Origin: Obrimoposthia wandeli
Taxonomy: Eukaryota
Direction of reading: 5' to 3'
NCBI GenBank assembly: GCA_977020255.1
Contig: CDROCS010001382.1
Location: 868,001 to 932,000 of the forward strand
Length of the DNA: 64,000 bases
This document shows, one piece after another, positions 9,278-18,971 of the stretch (positions within the stretch are counted from its first letter, which is position 1; the number at the start of each line of letters is the position of its first letter). Position numbers and translations under genes: made by a program. The notes under the pieces are model-generated. The model had not been told where the DNA came from. It saw only the letters and a program-made list of their open reading frames with translations, and made no database searches.

Positions 9278-12034
9278 TGTATAATCGAATATCAAATCAC
9301 ACGGAAAGAGATTTTGGCTCAACAAGACACACCGGTAGTGTCATTCGTGAGAAGACTATATCCAAAAGAAGCAGAAAGAATCAGAGATTTGGTAGAATTA
9401 AAAATAAAAACTACGCGAAACGGATACGGATCGATTTTTGAATTACTAAAAGATAAAGATGACAGTACAATTGAAACAAAAGAGAAAGAGTACATAAACG
9501 AACTAGAATACGTACTAGAAGATCCGGAATGCGCAGTTTGCATGGTCAACAAAATAGAAGTTGCCTTTTTACCATGCGGACATGTAAGAACATGTCGGAG
9601 ATGTGCGAAGGAAATGGTATCATGTCCAATTTGTAGAAGGATAATAGATCGGCAAGTGGGAAATATTAGATTTCACTATCCAAACAAAGGAAGTGGACCG
9701 ACAGAGTTTAATAATTCGATAAATACAATATACCATATGGGAAATATAAATGGAGCACAGCGACCAGCAGCTATCATTAGAGTAAATAATTTAAGAGTAA
9801 AAGCCTTAATTGATACAGGTGCTGTAGCTTCGATAGTAAGTGAAGATTGTTTGACAGAGGAACAAAAACGAACAATGGCAGAACCAGATGAATTCTTGGT
9901 ATCGGTCAATGGAGACCCTGTAAAAGTGACGGGAATATTACCATGTACATTTATAATTGGACGTAATACGATCACTATACCAGTTAGAATCATGAAAGAA
10001 TGTCCTGAACCTACAATTTTAGGAATGGATGTACTATCACAACTCAAAGGGATAAGTATTGATTTACAAGATCCAAGATTGAAGGATAGCACATCAAACA
10101 GACAAATAAACCAAATTGATGTAATTATAGAAAATCCTATAAAAATCGGTAAAAGATCACAATTTGTCATTCAAGGTCACACATTATCAGAAGATAAAGG
10201 ACCAGTTGTGTTCGAACCATCACGGGATTTCATAGAGAAATACGAATTACCAGTTGTGAGTACAGTATGTCTGATTGAAAACCACAAAATACCAGTTAGA
10301 CAGATGAATACAACAAACAATGACATCCTATTATACAGAGGAATGAGGTTGGGAAAGATAGCACAGATGGAGAATTCCACCGTGTGTGCTATGAAACTCG
10401 ATAAAGATACGAATGATTACGAAGAAATAGTAATCCAATCAGAAAGACTGACAACCAGAGAAAAGAAACAATTACTCGACCTAATACATAAATTTCCGAA
10501 AGTAATTGCAAAAAATCCATATGACATAGGAGAAACACCTGTCATAAAACACACAATACCGCTGACAGAAGACAAAGTAGTCAGAAGAAGACCATATCGA
10601 GTACCATTACAGTTACACGACGAAGTCAAAAGCCAGATCGAAGATATGTCTAAAACAGGAGTAATTAGACCGAGTTTTTCACCATTCTCAGCACCTGTAG
10701 TGTTGGTAAAAAAGAAGGATGGGAAAATGAGATTATGTATAGATTTCAGAGAACTGAACAAGATCACAAGAAAAGATGTGTATCCATTACCTAGAATCGA
10801 AGAGATGCTCGATAAATTGGGTAATTCAGATTATTTTACGACATTGGATTTGCAGAGTGGATACTGGCAAATCGAGATAGAGGAAGAGGATAAACACAAA
10901 ACAGCCTTTTCCTGCGGAGATGGACTATACGAATGCGAAAAGATGCCATTCGGACTGACAGGAGCGCCAGCAACATTTCAGCGTTGCATGAATTTTGTAC
11001 TCGCATCGTGTGCAAACACGATGGTTTATATCGATGACATAATAATATTTTCGAAAACGTTCGAAGAACATTTAAAAAATCTTGAAGTTGTATTTAAAAG
11101 ACTGGAAAACGCTAAATTAAAAGTTAAACCTACAAAATGCGAATGGGCTAAAGAGCGAGTAACATTTTTAGGACATCTAGTATCGAAAGAAGGCATCCGA
11201 CCTGATCCAGCAAAGATCGAGAAAGTAAAAGCGCATTTAGCGCCAAAGACTGTTAAGGAAATACAAAGTTTTTTAGGTCTTGCAAACTATTATAGACGAT
11301 TTGTTGAACATTTTTCAGATATAGCAACACCATTGAGAAAGTTGACGAGGAAAGATGAGAAGTTCATATGGGGAAAGGAAGCACAACAAGCGTTCGAACA
11401 TTTGAAAGAAAGACTGATAAAAGCACCAATATTAGCGTTTCCAGATATAAACCGACAATTCATACTTATGACAGATGCAAGTAACTATGCTGTAGGAGCA
11501 GTATTGGGACAAGAGGATGACGAAGGAAGAGAACACGTCATCGCGTATGCGAGTAGAGGATTAAACAGAGCCGAAAGAGGATACTCTGTTATTGAAAAGG
11601 AATGTCTAGCCATAGTGTATTCATGTAGACAGTACAGACACTACTTGCTAGGACAAAAAGTATTACTATATACAGATCACAAACCACTACAGTTCTTATA
11701 TAAACACAGAGACGAGATGAGTAGATTAAATAGATGGTTTCTAAAATTGGCCGAATTTGACCTAGAGATCCTTTATAGAACCGGAAAGTCGAATGGCAAC
11801 GCAGATTGTTTGTCGAGGTTGACAAATGTAGACGAGAAAGGAAACATAATTCCAGAAGAAGAACAAGATGAAACCAACGACCAAAAAGGAAAAGCAAATC
11901 TATTAACGATTTTGCTGAAGACGGGTAAAATAGACAAAGATATCATCAAAGAACAGAAAGAAGATGAAGAACTGAGTCTAATCAAAGAACTGTTGGTGAA
12001 AGGAGATCTAAACGATGAAATGACGAAAAAATAA
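9278..12034 (+). CDS. pol: Polyprotein part 4: UBA-like domain, IAP-type RING (~9527-9650), retropepsin 2 (~9767-10060), reverse transcriptase, RNase H
   Basis: CAVC...LPCGH..C..C....CPICR; LIDTGA; LCIDFRELN, DLQSGYWQI, MPFGL..APATFQ, YIDD; TDAS, EKECLAI, TDHKPL, NADCLSR. Same frame as part 3, separated only by TAA at 9275. Confidence 0.95.
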   Translation, partial: CIIEYQITRKEILAQQDTPVVSFVRRLYPKEAERIRDLVELKIKTTRNGYGSIFELLKDKDDSTIETKEKEYINELEYVLEDPECAVCMVNKIEVAFLPCGHVRTCRRCAKEMVSCPICRRIIDRQVGNIRFHYPNKGSGPTEFNNSINTIYHMGNINGAQRPAAIIRVNNLRVKALIDTGAVASIVSEDCLTEEQKRTMAEPDEFLVSVNGDPVKVTGILPCTFIIGRNTITIPVRIMKECPEPTILGMDVLSQLKGISIDLQDPRLKDSTSNRQINQIDVIIENPIKIGKRSQFVIQGHTLSEDKGPVVFEPSRDFIEKYELPVVSTVCLIENHKIPVRQMNTTNNDILLYRGMRLGKIAQMENSTVCAMKLDKDTNDYEEIVIQSERLTTREKKQLLDLIHKFPKVIAKNPYDIGETPVIKHTIPLTEDKVVRRRPYRVPLQLHDEVKSQIEDMSKTGVIRPSFSPFSAPVVLVKKKDGKMRLCIDFRELNKITRKDVYPLPRIEEMLDKLGNSDYFTTLDLQSGYWQIEIEEEDKHKTAFSCGDGLYECEKMPFGLTGAPATFQRCMNFVLASCANTMVYIDDIIIFSKTFEEHLKNLEVVFKRLENAKLKVKPTKCEWAKERVTFLGHLVSKEGIRPDPAKIEKVKAHLAPKTVKEIQSFLGLANYYRRFVEHFSDIATPLRKLTRKDEKFIWGKEAQQAFEHLKERLIKAPILAFPDINRQFILMTDASNYAVGAVLGQEDDEGREHVIAYASRGLNRAERGYSVIEKECLAIVYSCRQYRHYLLGQKVLLYTDHKPLQFLYKHRDEMSRLNRWFLKLAEFDLEILYRTGKSNGNADCLSRLTNVDEKGNIIPEEEQDETNDQKGKANLLTILLKTGKIDKDIIKEQKEDEELSLIKELLVKGDLNDEMTKK

Positions 12035-13909
12035 TCGATAAAAGAAGGAATCTTGTATATTGTCAACAATGTCGGAAAGATAGTAGTAGTAATTCCGAAG
12101 TCATTGAAAACAGCAGTGATGATCCAGTATCACGATGGAACACTAGGAGGACATCTGTCAGGACGAAAGACAATAGCCAGAATCAAAGAGAAGTACCATT
12201 GGGATGGTATGGAAGACGACATAAAACAATGGTGTAAACAATGTAAAGTATGTTTAACCAGAAAAGACACTGGAACTCGTACTAAAGTTCCACTGAAACC
12301 AATGCCAGTTCCTTTGGCACCAATGGAATTCACAGCGATGGATATATTGGGACCATTGAGAGAATCAAGTAAAGGAAACAAGTACGTCATAGTATTTACG
12401 GACTACATGACGAGATGGGTAGAAGCATACCCCATGCAAAATCAGAAGGCTGAAACAATAGCGCAGATCTTAGTGGAAGAGATAATATTTCGATACGGAG
12501 TGCCTAGAAAGTTGTTAACAGATCAAGGAAAGAACTTCACTGGAGAAGTAATAAAAGCAGTATCGAAGATATTCGGAATCATGAAGTTACAAACTTCACC
12601 ATATCACCCACAAACCAATGGTCTAGTAGAAAGGTTTAATAAAACTTTATGTATGATGGTACAATCCTATTGCTCAGACAAACAAGAGGATTGGGATAAA
12701 TATTTACCTTCATGTTTATATGCTTACAGGAATTCAGTTCGAGAGGCGACGGGTCACACACCATTATATCTGATGTATCTCAGACAGAACAATATGCCAA
12801 TGGATCTGGAGTGGACCGAACCAACATCTCAATATTTAGAAACTGAACAATACATTGTCGTCATGAAAGAAAGATTACAAGATGCTTGGACCAAAGCCGG
12901 ATTGAAGTTGAAATTCAATCAAGAAGGTTACAAGGAACAATATGACAAAAAGGCAAAACCACATGAATTTAGAGTCGGAGATCAAGTGATGATATTTTAT
13001 CCAGTCATCGAACCAGGTCTATCGTTTAAACTTCATAGACCATACAAAGGCCCATACAAGGTGATACAGACAACCTCAACGAACTTGAAAGTAATCAACG
13101 AGGAAAATCGGAACAAGGAACCGATGATTGTACATGCAAATCGATGTAAATTAGTACCAAATAAAGATAACGCGTCACGATATGAGTTAAGATCACAAAA
13201 TTTGAAGCCGAATACCAATACCATTAAACTTACACGAATGGTAAGTGATCGGAACTACATAAACATGATGACAAGTGGTAGCGAGGAAAAACCAGCGAGA
13301 ATTGGTATGCTCAGAGTGAAGCACCAAAAGGAAAAAGAAGTAATCCGACACATCGCACCACAAGAAGACATAATAGTTGTTTTCGAAAAAACACAACCAA
13401 CAGATGTGGCGAAAGAAGTCATTGTGAAAGATGCACTAACAAACGAATTTCTGTGCGAACTTAGAGTATCATACTACGACGGAAATACACTAGTCGCAGC
13501 ACTACATCAAAACTCCAATGTGTTTACGACTGAGAAAGTGATAATCGAAATCACATTGACACCAAACATAGTTGCATGGCAGAACTATGACAGTACTGAA
13601 GCAGGACTAGCCAGTCAGGAAGAAAAGGAACCGGCCGGTGGTCACATACTGCATGGTACACCAAAAAGACTCAAACAAGAATACCACGATGTGATAATGG
13701 TATTACGTAATTCACATGAGAGAAGAGATATAATGAGAGTTCATTTAATCGACGCTGACACTGAAAAGATAATCTGTCAGATGGACACCAAATACTTTGA
13801 CGGAAAGACCATTGTATGTAGTATACCGGAATCTCACCGGTTAAACACAGATCAAACGGAAGTATCTGTAAGGTTGAGCGTAATAGAAGGATTTCATTCG
13901 CCAACCTAA
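12035..13909 (+). CDS. pol: Polyprotein part 5: integrase (HHCC, DDE core, GPY) plus two copies of a beta-rich repeat domain
   Basis: YHDG..GGH...C..C, MDILGP, TDQGKNF, PYHPQTNGLVERFN, YKGPYKV; repeats carry Y(Y/F)DG.T. In frame across TAA at 12032. Confidence 0.93.
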   Translation, partial: SIKEGILYIVNNVGKIVVVIPKSLKTAVMIQYHDGTLGGHLSGRKTIARIKEKYHWDGMEDDIKQWCKQCKVCLTRKDTGTRTKVPLKPMPVPLAPMEFTAMDILGPLRESSKGNKYVIVFTDYMTRWVEAYPMQNQKAETIAQILVEEIIFRYGVPRKLLTDQGKNFTGEVIKAVSKIFGIMKLQTSPYHPQTNGLVERFNKTLCMMVQSYCSDKQEDWDKYLPSCLYAYRNSVREATGHTPLYLMYLRQNNMPMDLEWTEPTSQYLETEQYIVVMKERLQDAWTKAGLKLKFNQEGYKEQYDKKAKPHEFRVGDQVMIFYPVIEPGLSFKLHRPYKGPYKVIQTTSTNLKVINEENRNKEPMIVHANRCKLVPNKDNASRYELRSQNLKPNTNTIKLTRMVSDRNYINMMTSGSEEKPARIGMLRVKHQKEKEVIRHIAPQEDIIVVFEKTQPTDVAKEVIVKDALTNEFLCELRVSYYDGNTLVAALHQNSNVFTTEKVIIEITLTPNIVAWQNYDSTEAGLASQEEKEPAGGHILHGTPKRLKQEYHDVIMVLRNSHERRDIMRVHLIDADTEKIICQMDTKYFDGKTIVCSIPESHRLNTDQTEVSVRLSVIEGFHSPT

Positions 13910-14722
13910 CCGGAAGTAACAAACAATAAAATCATTAAAGCAACGGCAGAGTTACGCATTGACAGCGGATACCGCAAGTGGGAAGCTAAAAATAAACCAC
14001 AACGAATCAATATGATCCGAGAACAAGTGACAACCTCAATCCAACCAAAATATCATGCTGAAATAGTATCATCCGCACCAAGTGTGATTACATCGATAAA
14101 CGACGAAATTATAATTTTACTAAAAAATCGATGGCCGTCATCAACCGAGATACGAGTCAATTTAATTAATTATGCGAAAACACCGATATCTAAGCTGAAT
14201 GTCACCTATTTCGATGGATTGACTATCATGGGTAAATTGGAAACAATTGTCATGTGCTATGGAGCACAGTTCCAAGTTGAGATACTTAAGGATAGTGTAA
14301 TACCGTATCCGATTCACAGATACGCAGGACCAGTCAATCCAATTATTCTAACCCCTTCATTAATTTCAGTTCAGACAGACATACCAGAATACCCTTCGAG
14401 CGAGTCTAGTCAAGACAGCGAACCTGAAAGTAGCGATCCAGAATCAACAGAATCCGAAGATAACATAATAGAGCGATTCGAAAAAACCATGGAGGTTGAA
14501 TTCGCTAAAGAAAGCAGAAAAAGACAAAACATAGAATTCGTGAAACAGAATATACAAGAAAGACGAATTAAATCTGCAGAAGAGACCGAGTCGGAAGAGG
14601 AACCAACAAAGGAACAGACATCAGAGACAAAGATGAATATCTCTCCAGCAATACGAATGCTGAGAGGAAAGAAACTAGCGAAACTATCCAACATCGACGG
14701 ACAAATAAAGAAGAGATTATAA
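13910..14722 (+). CDS. Polyprotein part 6: third copy of the repeat domain and an acidic Ser-rich linker
   Basis: In frame across TAA at 13907; EIIILLKN...RVNLI...TYFDGLTI aligns with the copies at ~13298-13560 and ~13637-13890. Confidence 0.75.
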   Translation, partial: PEVTNNKIIKATAELRIDSGYRKWEAKNKPQRINMIREQVTTSIQPKYHAEIVSSAPSVITSINDEIIILLKNRWPSSTEIRVNLINYAKTPISKLNVTYFDGLTIMGKLETIVMCYGAQFQVEILKDSVIPYPIHRYAGPVNPIILTPSLISVQTDIPEYPSSESSQDSEPESSDPESTESEDNIIERFEKTMEVEFAKESRKRQNIEFVKQNIQERRIKSAEETESEEEPTKEQTSETKMNISPAIRMLRGKKLAKLSNIDGQIKKRL

Positions 14723-17700
14723 AGACTAAAACTTGAAGAGTCAGAATTAATGCCACCAATGAGTGAGATCATTCCAGGTAAGTTATACCTCGGAAATGTG
14801 GAAGATGCAACAGACGAAAAGAAACTGTCGGAACAAGGGATAACATACGTGATCAACGTTACAATGAATCACAAATCACAATATCAGACGATCAGAGCCA
14901 TGATGTTAAGAGTAAAAGACTCAATGGAAGCTAACCTTCTCGAATGGTTCGTAGAAACAAACGAGATACTTCACAGAGAACTCCAAAACCAAGGAAAAGT
15001 GTTGGTACATTGTCAGAAAGGAATCTCCCGATCAGCAACCCTAGTATTAGCGTATCTAATAAAGACTAGACGAATGCAGGTACTAGAAGCGTTGAAATAC
15101 CTACAGGAAAGAAGAAGTATCGCGAACCCAAACCTTAATTTTTTGGGACAATTGTCAAATTATCAACTCCTGTTGCAAGAACAGAGACGGATGGACGACA
15201 TCCCTGAGGATCCAAAGGAAAAGAATTTCCTCCAAGCACTATCGTTGACCGGGTTATTCTTAGCCGGAGTCGACAAAATTACGCAGATAATGCCAAAAGT
15301 ATTTTTATGTTATCCAGGAGATATAGATACTGCTGGATTAAAGTTCCACAGTATCAACCGAGTAATTAATATTGTTGAAGTCGGAAATGAGATAATCAGT
15401 CTGTGTCAAAATACTGAAGATGACACAACTCGATACATACATGCTTCCAATCGAGAGATAAATGATGCACAACAACATCTGATGAAATTGACTCAAACCA
15501 TTCAAGCCGAAGTCACAGAAGGAAACGGCGTTCTGATATATCAGAAAAAAGGTACAATGTTAGCTCCAACCATAGGTGTATCCTTGTTGGTAGAGTACCA
15601 TGGTCATACACCAGAAGAAGCGATGGTTTATATCAAACAGAATAGACCAGACACGGAATTCAAACCGTTACTCGTTCGAGAAATAGATAAATATTCCGAA
15701 AAGAGGAAGCAACAACAAGAAACAAATGAAGCTACCACAACAGTGCCCAGCTATCAATACCAAAGATTGCTAGCACTAGGCTTGTTAAGTTGTCTAATGC
15801 CGATAACGGGAGCACAAGAGATAGGCTCCAACCACGGAAATAGTTCATGGTTCACAGAAATCAACAACTACATCATACAGTACCATACACCAGCACTGAT
15901 GATGCTATTAGTGTTGTTAGGACTAATTGATGTGTGGGTTATCCGAAAATGTCTCCGATCCATGAGAACCGACAGTAAAAGATTCCAGTTTGTGAAAATG
16001 AAGAGACCAAATGGACCAACGAACCAAGTACTTGTGTATCTAGACGAAAGGATCGAGGATAACATAGTAAATGTAGCGATATTCTATCCACAAAACAGAG
16101 TACTGAATCAATTCCGAATAGATTACGAAGCTGACCGACAGCGCACACTTGACCGAATATCAGCAACATTCGCCGAATGCAAGCGAAGAAAACGAATTGT
16201 AAAGGAAATACAAAAAGATGCGGATAAAAAAGGTCCGACGTATATATTCGACGGCGATGTCATCAAAACACGTGAGTATGGAAGTAAGAGAGTGATAATT
16301 GAAACGATGGAAGAACATAAAAAATGTTTGTCCGCCAAAAATGGATTCGGAAAGTTGATGATACAAGGTAAACAGGTACAGTTGATTATCGGAAAAACTG
16401 GAATCGAAGAAATGTCAGAACAACGACAGACAACAAAACGACCTAACCAGAAACAGATATCTCTCAAACGAATGATAATTAAAACCCTTTGCAAAAGGAC
16501 AATCAAGGCCCTGTGCACCGTTGCACAAGGATTGATCTACGGAGTAGTAATTGGATTGGTACTACAAGCCATGCCAACCAGTAAAGCTGAATTGATGACA
16601 CTATCCGAATATAATTTACATTTGAGAAATCTAGACAACACCCTAGAAATAATCAAGACGTCCCACAGTAAAGCCGTGATGATCATGTGTGTGAAAGGAT
16701 GTCCAGGACGAATGTGTATAGTCCCAGCGACCGAAATGAAAACACTTAATGGACATTATAGAGTTAGTGTTGTTACATGTGAAGATTACACATTTAGACA
16801 AACTAAAATAGTACTTCTCAGTGACATGTCCAACCAAAGTGTACATAAATTTAAAATATTAACCATCAAGAGCAAAGGGATACCAGCAATACGTTATGGT
16901 ATTCTAGAATTGGTTAATCCAATACTGGCATTGATCATTGGATTTATAATATTAATATTACTCATCTTGTTTTGTTGTACAAAGATAGAGTTGAGATCAA
17001 AAAAGAAACGTCATGATCTCGCAAGACAAACAGGTCAAATGAATTTACAAAAATTCAACACAAGTATACCAAGACCAGCATTCCTAAATGAACCAGCACC
17101 AGAGTACCAGCCAACGATATATGAACATATCGAGGAAAGACCGTACTATATGAGTAACTTGAGTTGTTCCAGAGAAGTTCCTGAGTTTCGGAACCGGACG
17201 ATCATAGGAATCATGCTGATCATACAAATTACCACGACCAAGGCTAGTTATGAGATCATGATCAGTAAATGGAGACAAGATACAATACGGGCGTTATACA
17301 TAGAAATTCCCCTATTAAAAACAAATCACGTAGTAGACATTCACCTACAGACGTCAGCAACCGACAATGTCGATCAGAAATTGTATGTCATCCGACAGGT
17401 CAGAATAAAGATCGACCAACGTACACCTTACTACCGACTGATATTATTCTATCATGAAAGGGTGTTATACCTACGGATAACGATATCAAAGAGGAAACGG
17501 ATTATTCAAAGTATCCGAACAAAGTCAATAATATTGCCTAGAGATGAGCGCATCTGGAAAGTTGTCGACAGGATTATGATCACAGGTAGACGACGTAAAA
17601 CCGTATGGAATTCCGTTAGAATATTTTTCAGATTGTTAGAAACCGACCATGCAACAGTGGCGTGTCCCAATCCAGATGGTGGAATCAGATTTGAATTGCA

Positions 17701-18487
17701 AAACCAAATGTTAGTACCACATTTTGATGCAGAATGTATATGTAACCGAATTCCCAGCAATGCTAGAGAGACCACTACCATAATCATGGTAATAACAGGT
17801 GAAATATTCTACATAACTCTAAGATACCAGACACGTCGATTCCGTGGACTCGGTATAAGTATTAAACCCAGGAAAATCAATTCCGGAAAACCAATCAAGG
17901 TCATAAAAAAGGAAAAGGTGAAAGGAAGTAAACGTCACTCCAAAATGCCAGTCATAATCAAAGAGAAGACAAAGATAAACGGAAGTAAACGTCATTCCGA
18001 GAAGCCAAAAATAGTCATAACCAAGGCAGAAGTGAAAGGAAAAGAGCTCGAGCCCAGAAACCAAAGTACAATTATTAAGAGGACAAGAGTGAGGGGAACG
18101 ATCCCACTAGATCCCAAACATAATTTCCAATCTAAATTAATAATACCTGTTCCACCGGAAACAAAATATCCAAATCCGCGAGTTTTTAGAAAATCGGACA
18201 TAATACATGGAAACCGATCAACACCAATGGAAACGCCATTCAAACCGACAAACAACAAAATGGAATACGATTATCAATCGTTTGACAGCGGAATAACAGC
18301 GGTCAATGCTCTAATTGGAATGGCCGTAGTGTCAACAGCAGTGGTCCTATTGACAGTCGTGTGCGTGAAAGGCAGTCAAGTATGCCCAAGAATACGACGG
18401 AAATGCGAAGGACTGCGATGCTGTAACACACCCACAATGGAGGAAGTGGAATTGCGACCCTTACCTCCGCCTCCCATCAAGATATGA
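14723..18487 (+). CDS. Polyprotein part 7: dual-specificity phosphatase, inactive second DSP domain, then alternating signal-like and TM segments
   Basis: SEIIPGKLYLG...VINVT...HCQKGISRS...PNLNFLGQL; second copy ITQIMPKVFL...VINIV...YQKKGTMLA; hydrophobic segments at ~15767, 15893, 16511, 16922, 17198 and 18308. In frame across TAA at 14720. Confidence 0.88.
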   Translation, partial: RLKLEESELMPPMSEIIPGKLYLGNVEDATDEKKLSEQGITYVINVTMNHKSQYQTIRAMMLRVKDSMEANLLEWFVETNEILHRELQNQGKVLVHCQKGISRSATLVLAYLIKTRRMQVLEALKYLQERRSIANPNLNFLGQLSNYQLLLQEQRRMDDIPEDPKEKNFLQALSLTGLFLAGVDKITQIMPKVFLCYPGDIDTAGLKFHSINRVINIVEVGNEIISLCQNTEDDTTRYIHASNREINDAQQHLMKLTQTIQAEVTEGNGVLIYQKKGTMLAPTIGVSLLVEYHGHTPEEAMVYIKQNRPDTEFKPLLVREIDKYSEKRKQQQETNEATTTVPSYQYQRLLALGLLSCLMPITGAQEIGSNHGNSSWFTEINNYIIQYHTPALMMLLVLLGLIDVWVIRKCLRSMRTDSKRFQFVKMKRPNGPTNQVLVYLDERIEDNIVNVAIFYPQNRVLNQFRIDYEADRQRTLDRISATFAECKRRKRIVKEIQKDADKKGPTYIFDGDVIKTREYGSKRVIIETMEEHKKCLSAKNGFGKLMIQGKQVQLIIGKTGIEEMSEQRQTTKRPNQKQISLKRMIIKTLCKRTIKALCTVAQGLIYGVVIGLVLQAMPTSKAELMTLSEYNLHLRNLDNTLEIIKTSHSKAVMIMCVKGCPGRMCIVPATEMKTLNGHYRVSVVTCEDYTFRQTKIVLLSDMSNQSVHKFKILTIKSKGIPAIRYGILELVNPILALIIGFIILILLILFCCTKIELRSKKKRHDLARQTGQMNLQKFNTSIPRPAFLNEPAPEYQPTIYEHIEERPYYMSNLSCSREVPEFRNRTIIGIMLIIQITTTKASYEIMISKWRQDTIRALYIEIPLLKTNHVVDIHLQTSATDNVDQKLYVIRQVRIKIDQRTPYYRLILFYHERVLYLRITISKRKRIIQSIRTKSIILPRDERIWKVVDRIMITGRRRKTVWNSVRIFFRLLETDHATVACPNPDGGIRFELQNQMLVPHFDAECICNRIPSNARETTTIIMVITGEIFYITLRYQTRRFRGLGISIKPRKINSGKPIKVIKKEKVKGSKRHSKMPVIIKEKTKINGSKRHSEKPKIVITKAEVKGKELEPRNQSTIIKRTRVRGTIPLDPKHNFQSKLIIPVPPETKYPNPRVFRKSDIIHGNRSTPMETPFKPTNNKMEYDYQSFDSGITAVNALIGMAVVSTAVVLLTVVCVKGSQVCPRIRRKCEGLRCCNTPTMEEVELRPLPPPPIKI

Positions 18488-18611
18488 TAAGTCAGAGGAG
18501 GTTGTAGATAAATTAGTGTGTGAAATATGTAGAAATATCTAGAAGCGATTGTACAAATAAGTAGAAATATGTAAAACTCATGTAGAAATTAATCATCATC
18601 ATGTATTTAGA

Positions 18612-18911
18612 ATGTCCGAAGAATGCCCAATATGTTTGGAAGATCTAACCGAACAAAGAACAAGACCCGAAACCTGCAACCATTTACATCACGAGGAATG
18701 TTTATCAAAATGGATCAGAACTTATGGAAAATTCGTACATCCAACATACCCTCGTTGCCCTGTATGCAGAAGACAATTCACAAAGTTCATCATGATAGAA
18801 CCCAACCAAAAGGATGTATATGTACAGGTGATATTCTGTTGGAAGAATTTCAGAGAGTGTTGGTGTTACTACTGTCTGTCAGAACGACAAAATCCGACCA
18901 CTTTTGTGTAA
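18612..18911 (+). CDS. Small RING-H2 protein 1 (99 aa), putative E3 ligase
   Basis: CPIC-x13-CNHLHHEEC...W...CPVC; acceptor TATTTAG ends 1 nt before the ATG. Confidence 0.85.
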   Translation: MSEECPICLEDLTEQRTRPETCNHLHHEECLSKWIRTYGKFVHPTYPRCPVCRRQFTKFIMIEPNQKDVYVQVIFCWKNFRECWCYYCLSERQNPTTFV

Positions 18912-18971
18912 ACATCGCACAACCACCAGTCCTCAATCGAGCCCAAATTCAACATTAACCCTCTCACAGTA

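Noticed and set aside
8024-12390. Minus-strand ORFs within the element (e.g. 8024-8431, 9676-10170, 10417-10767)
   Set aside because: Antisense shadows of A-rich coding sequence with no motifs.
9275-14722. Genome-wide reassignment of UAA to a sense codon
   Set aside because: HPD ends in TAA at the expected position (RGNL*), and the RING2 and RING3 ORFs also end in TAA.
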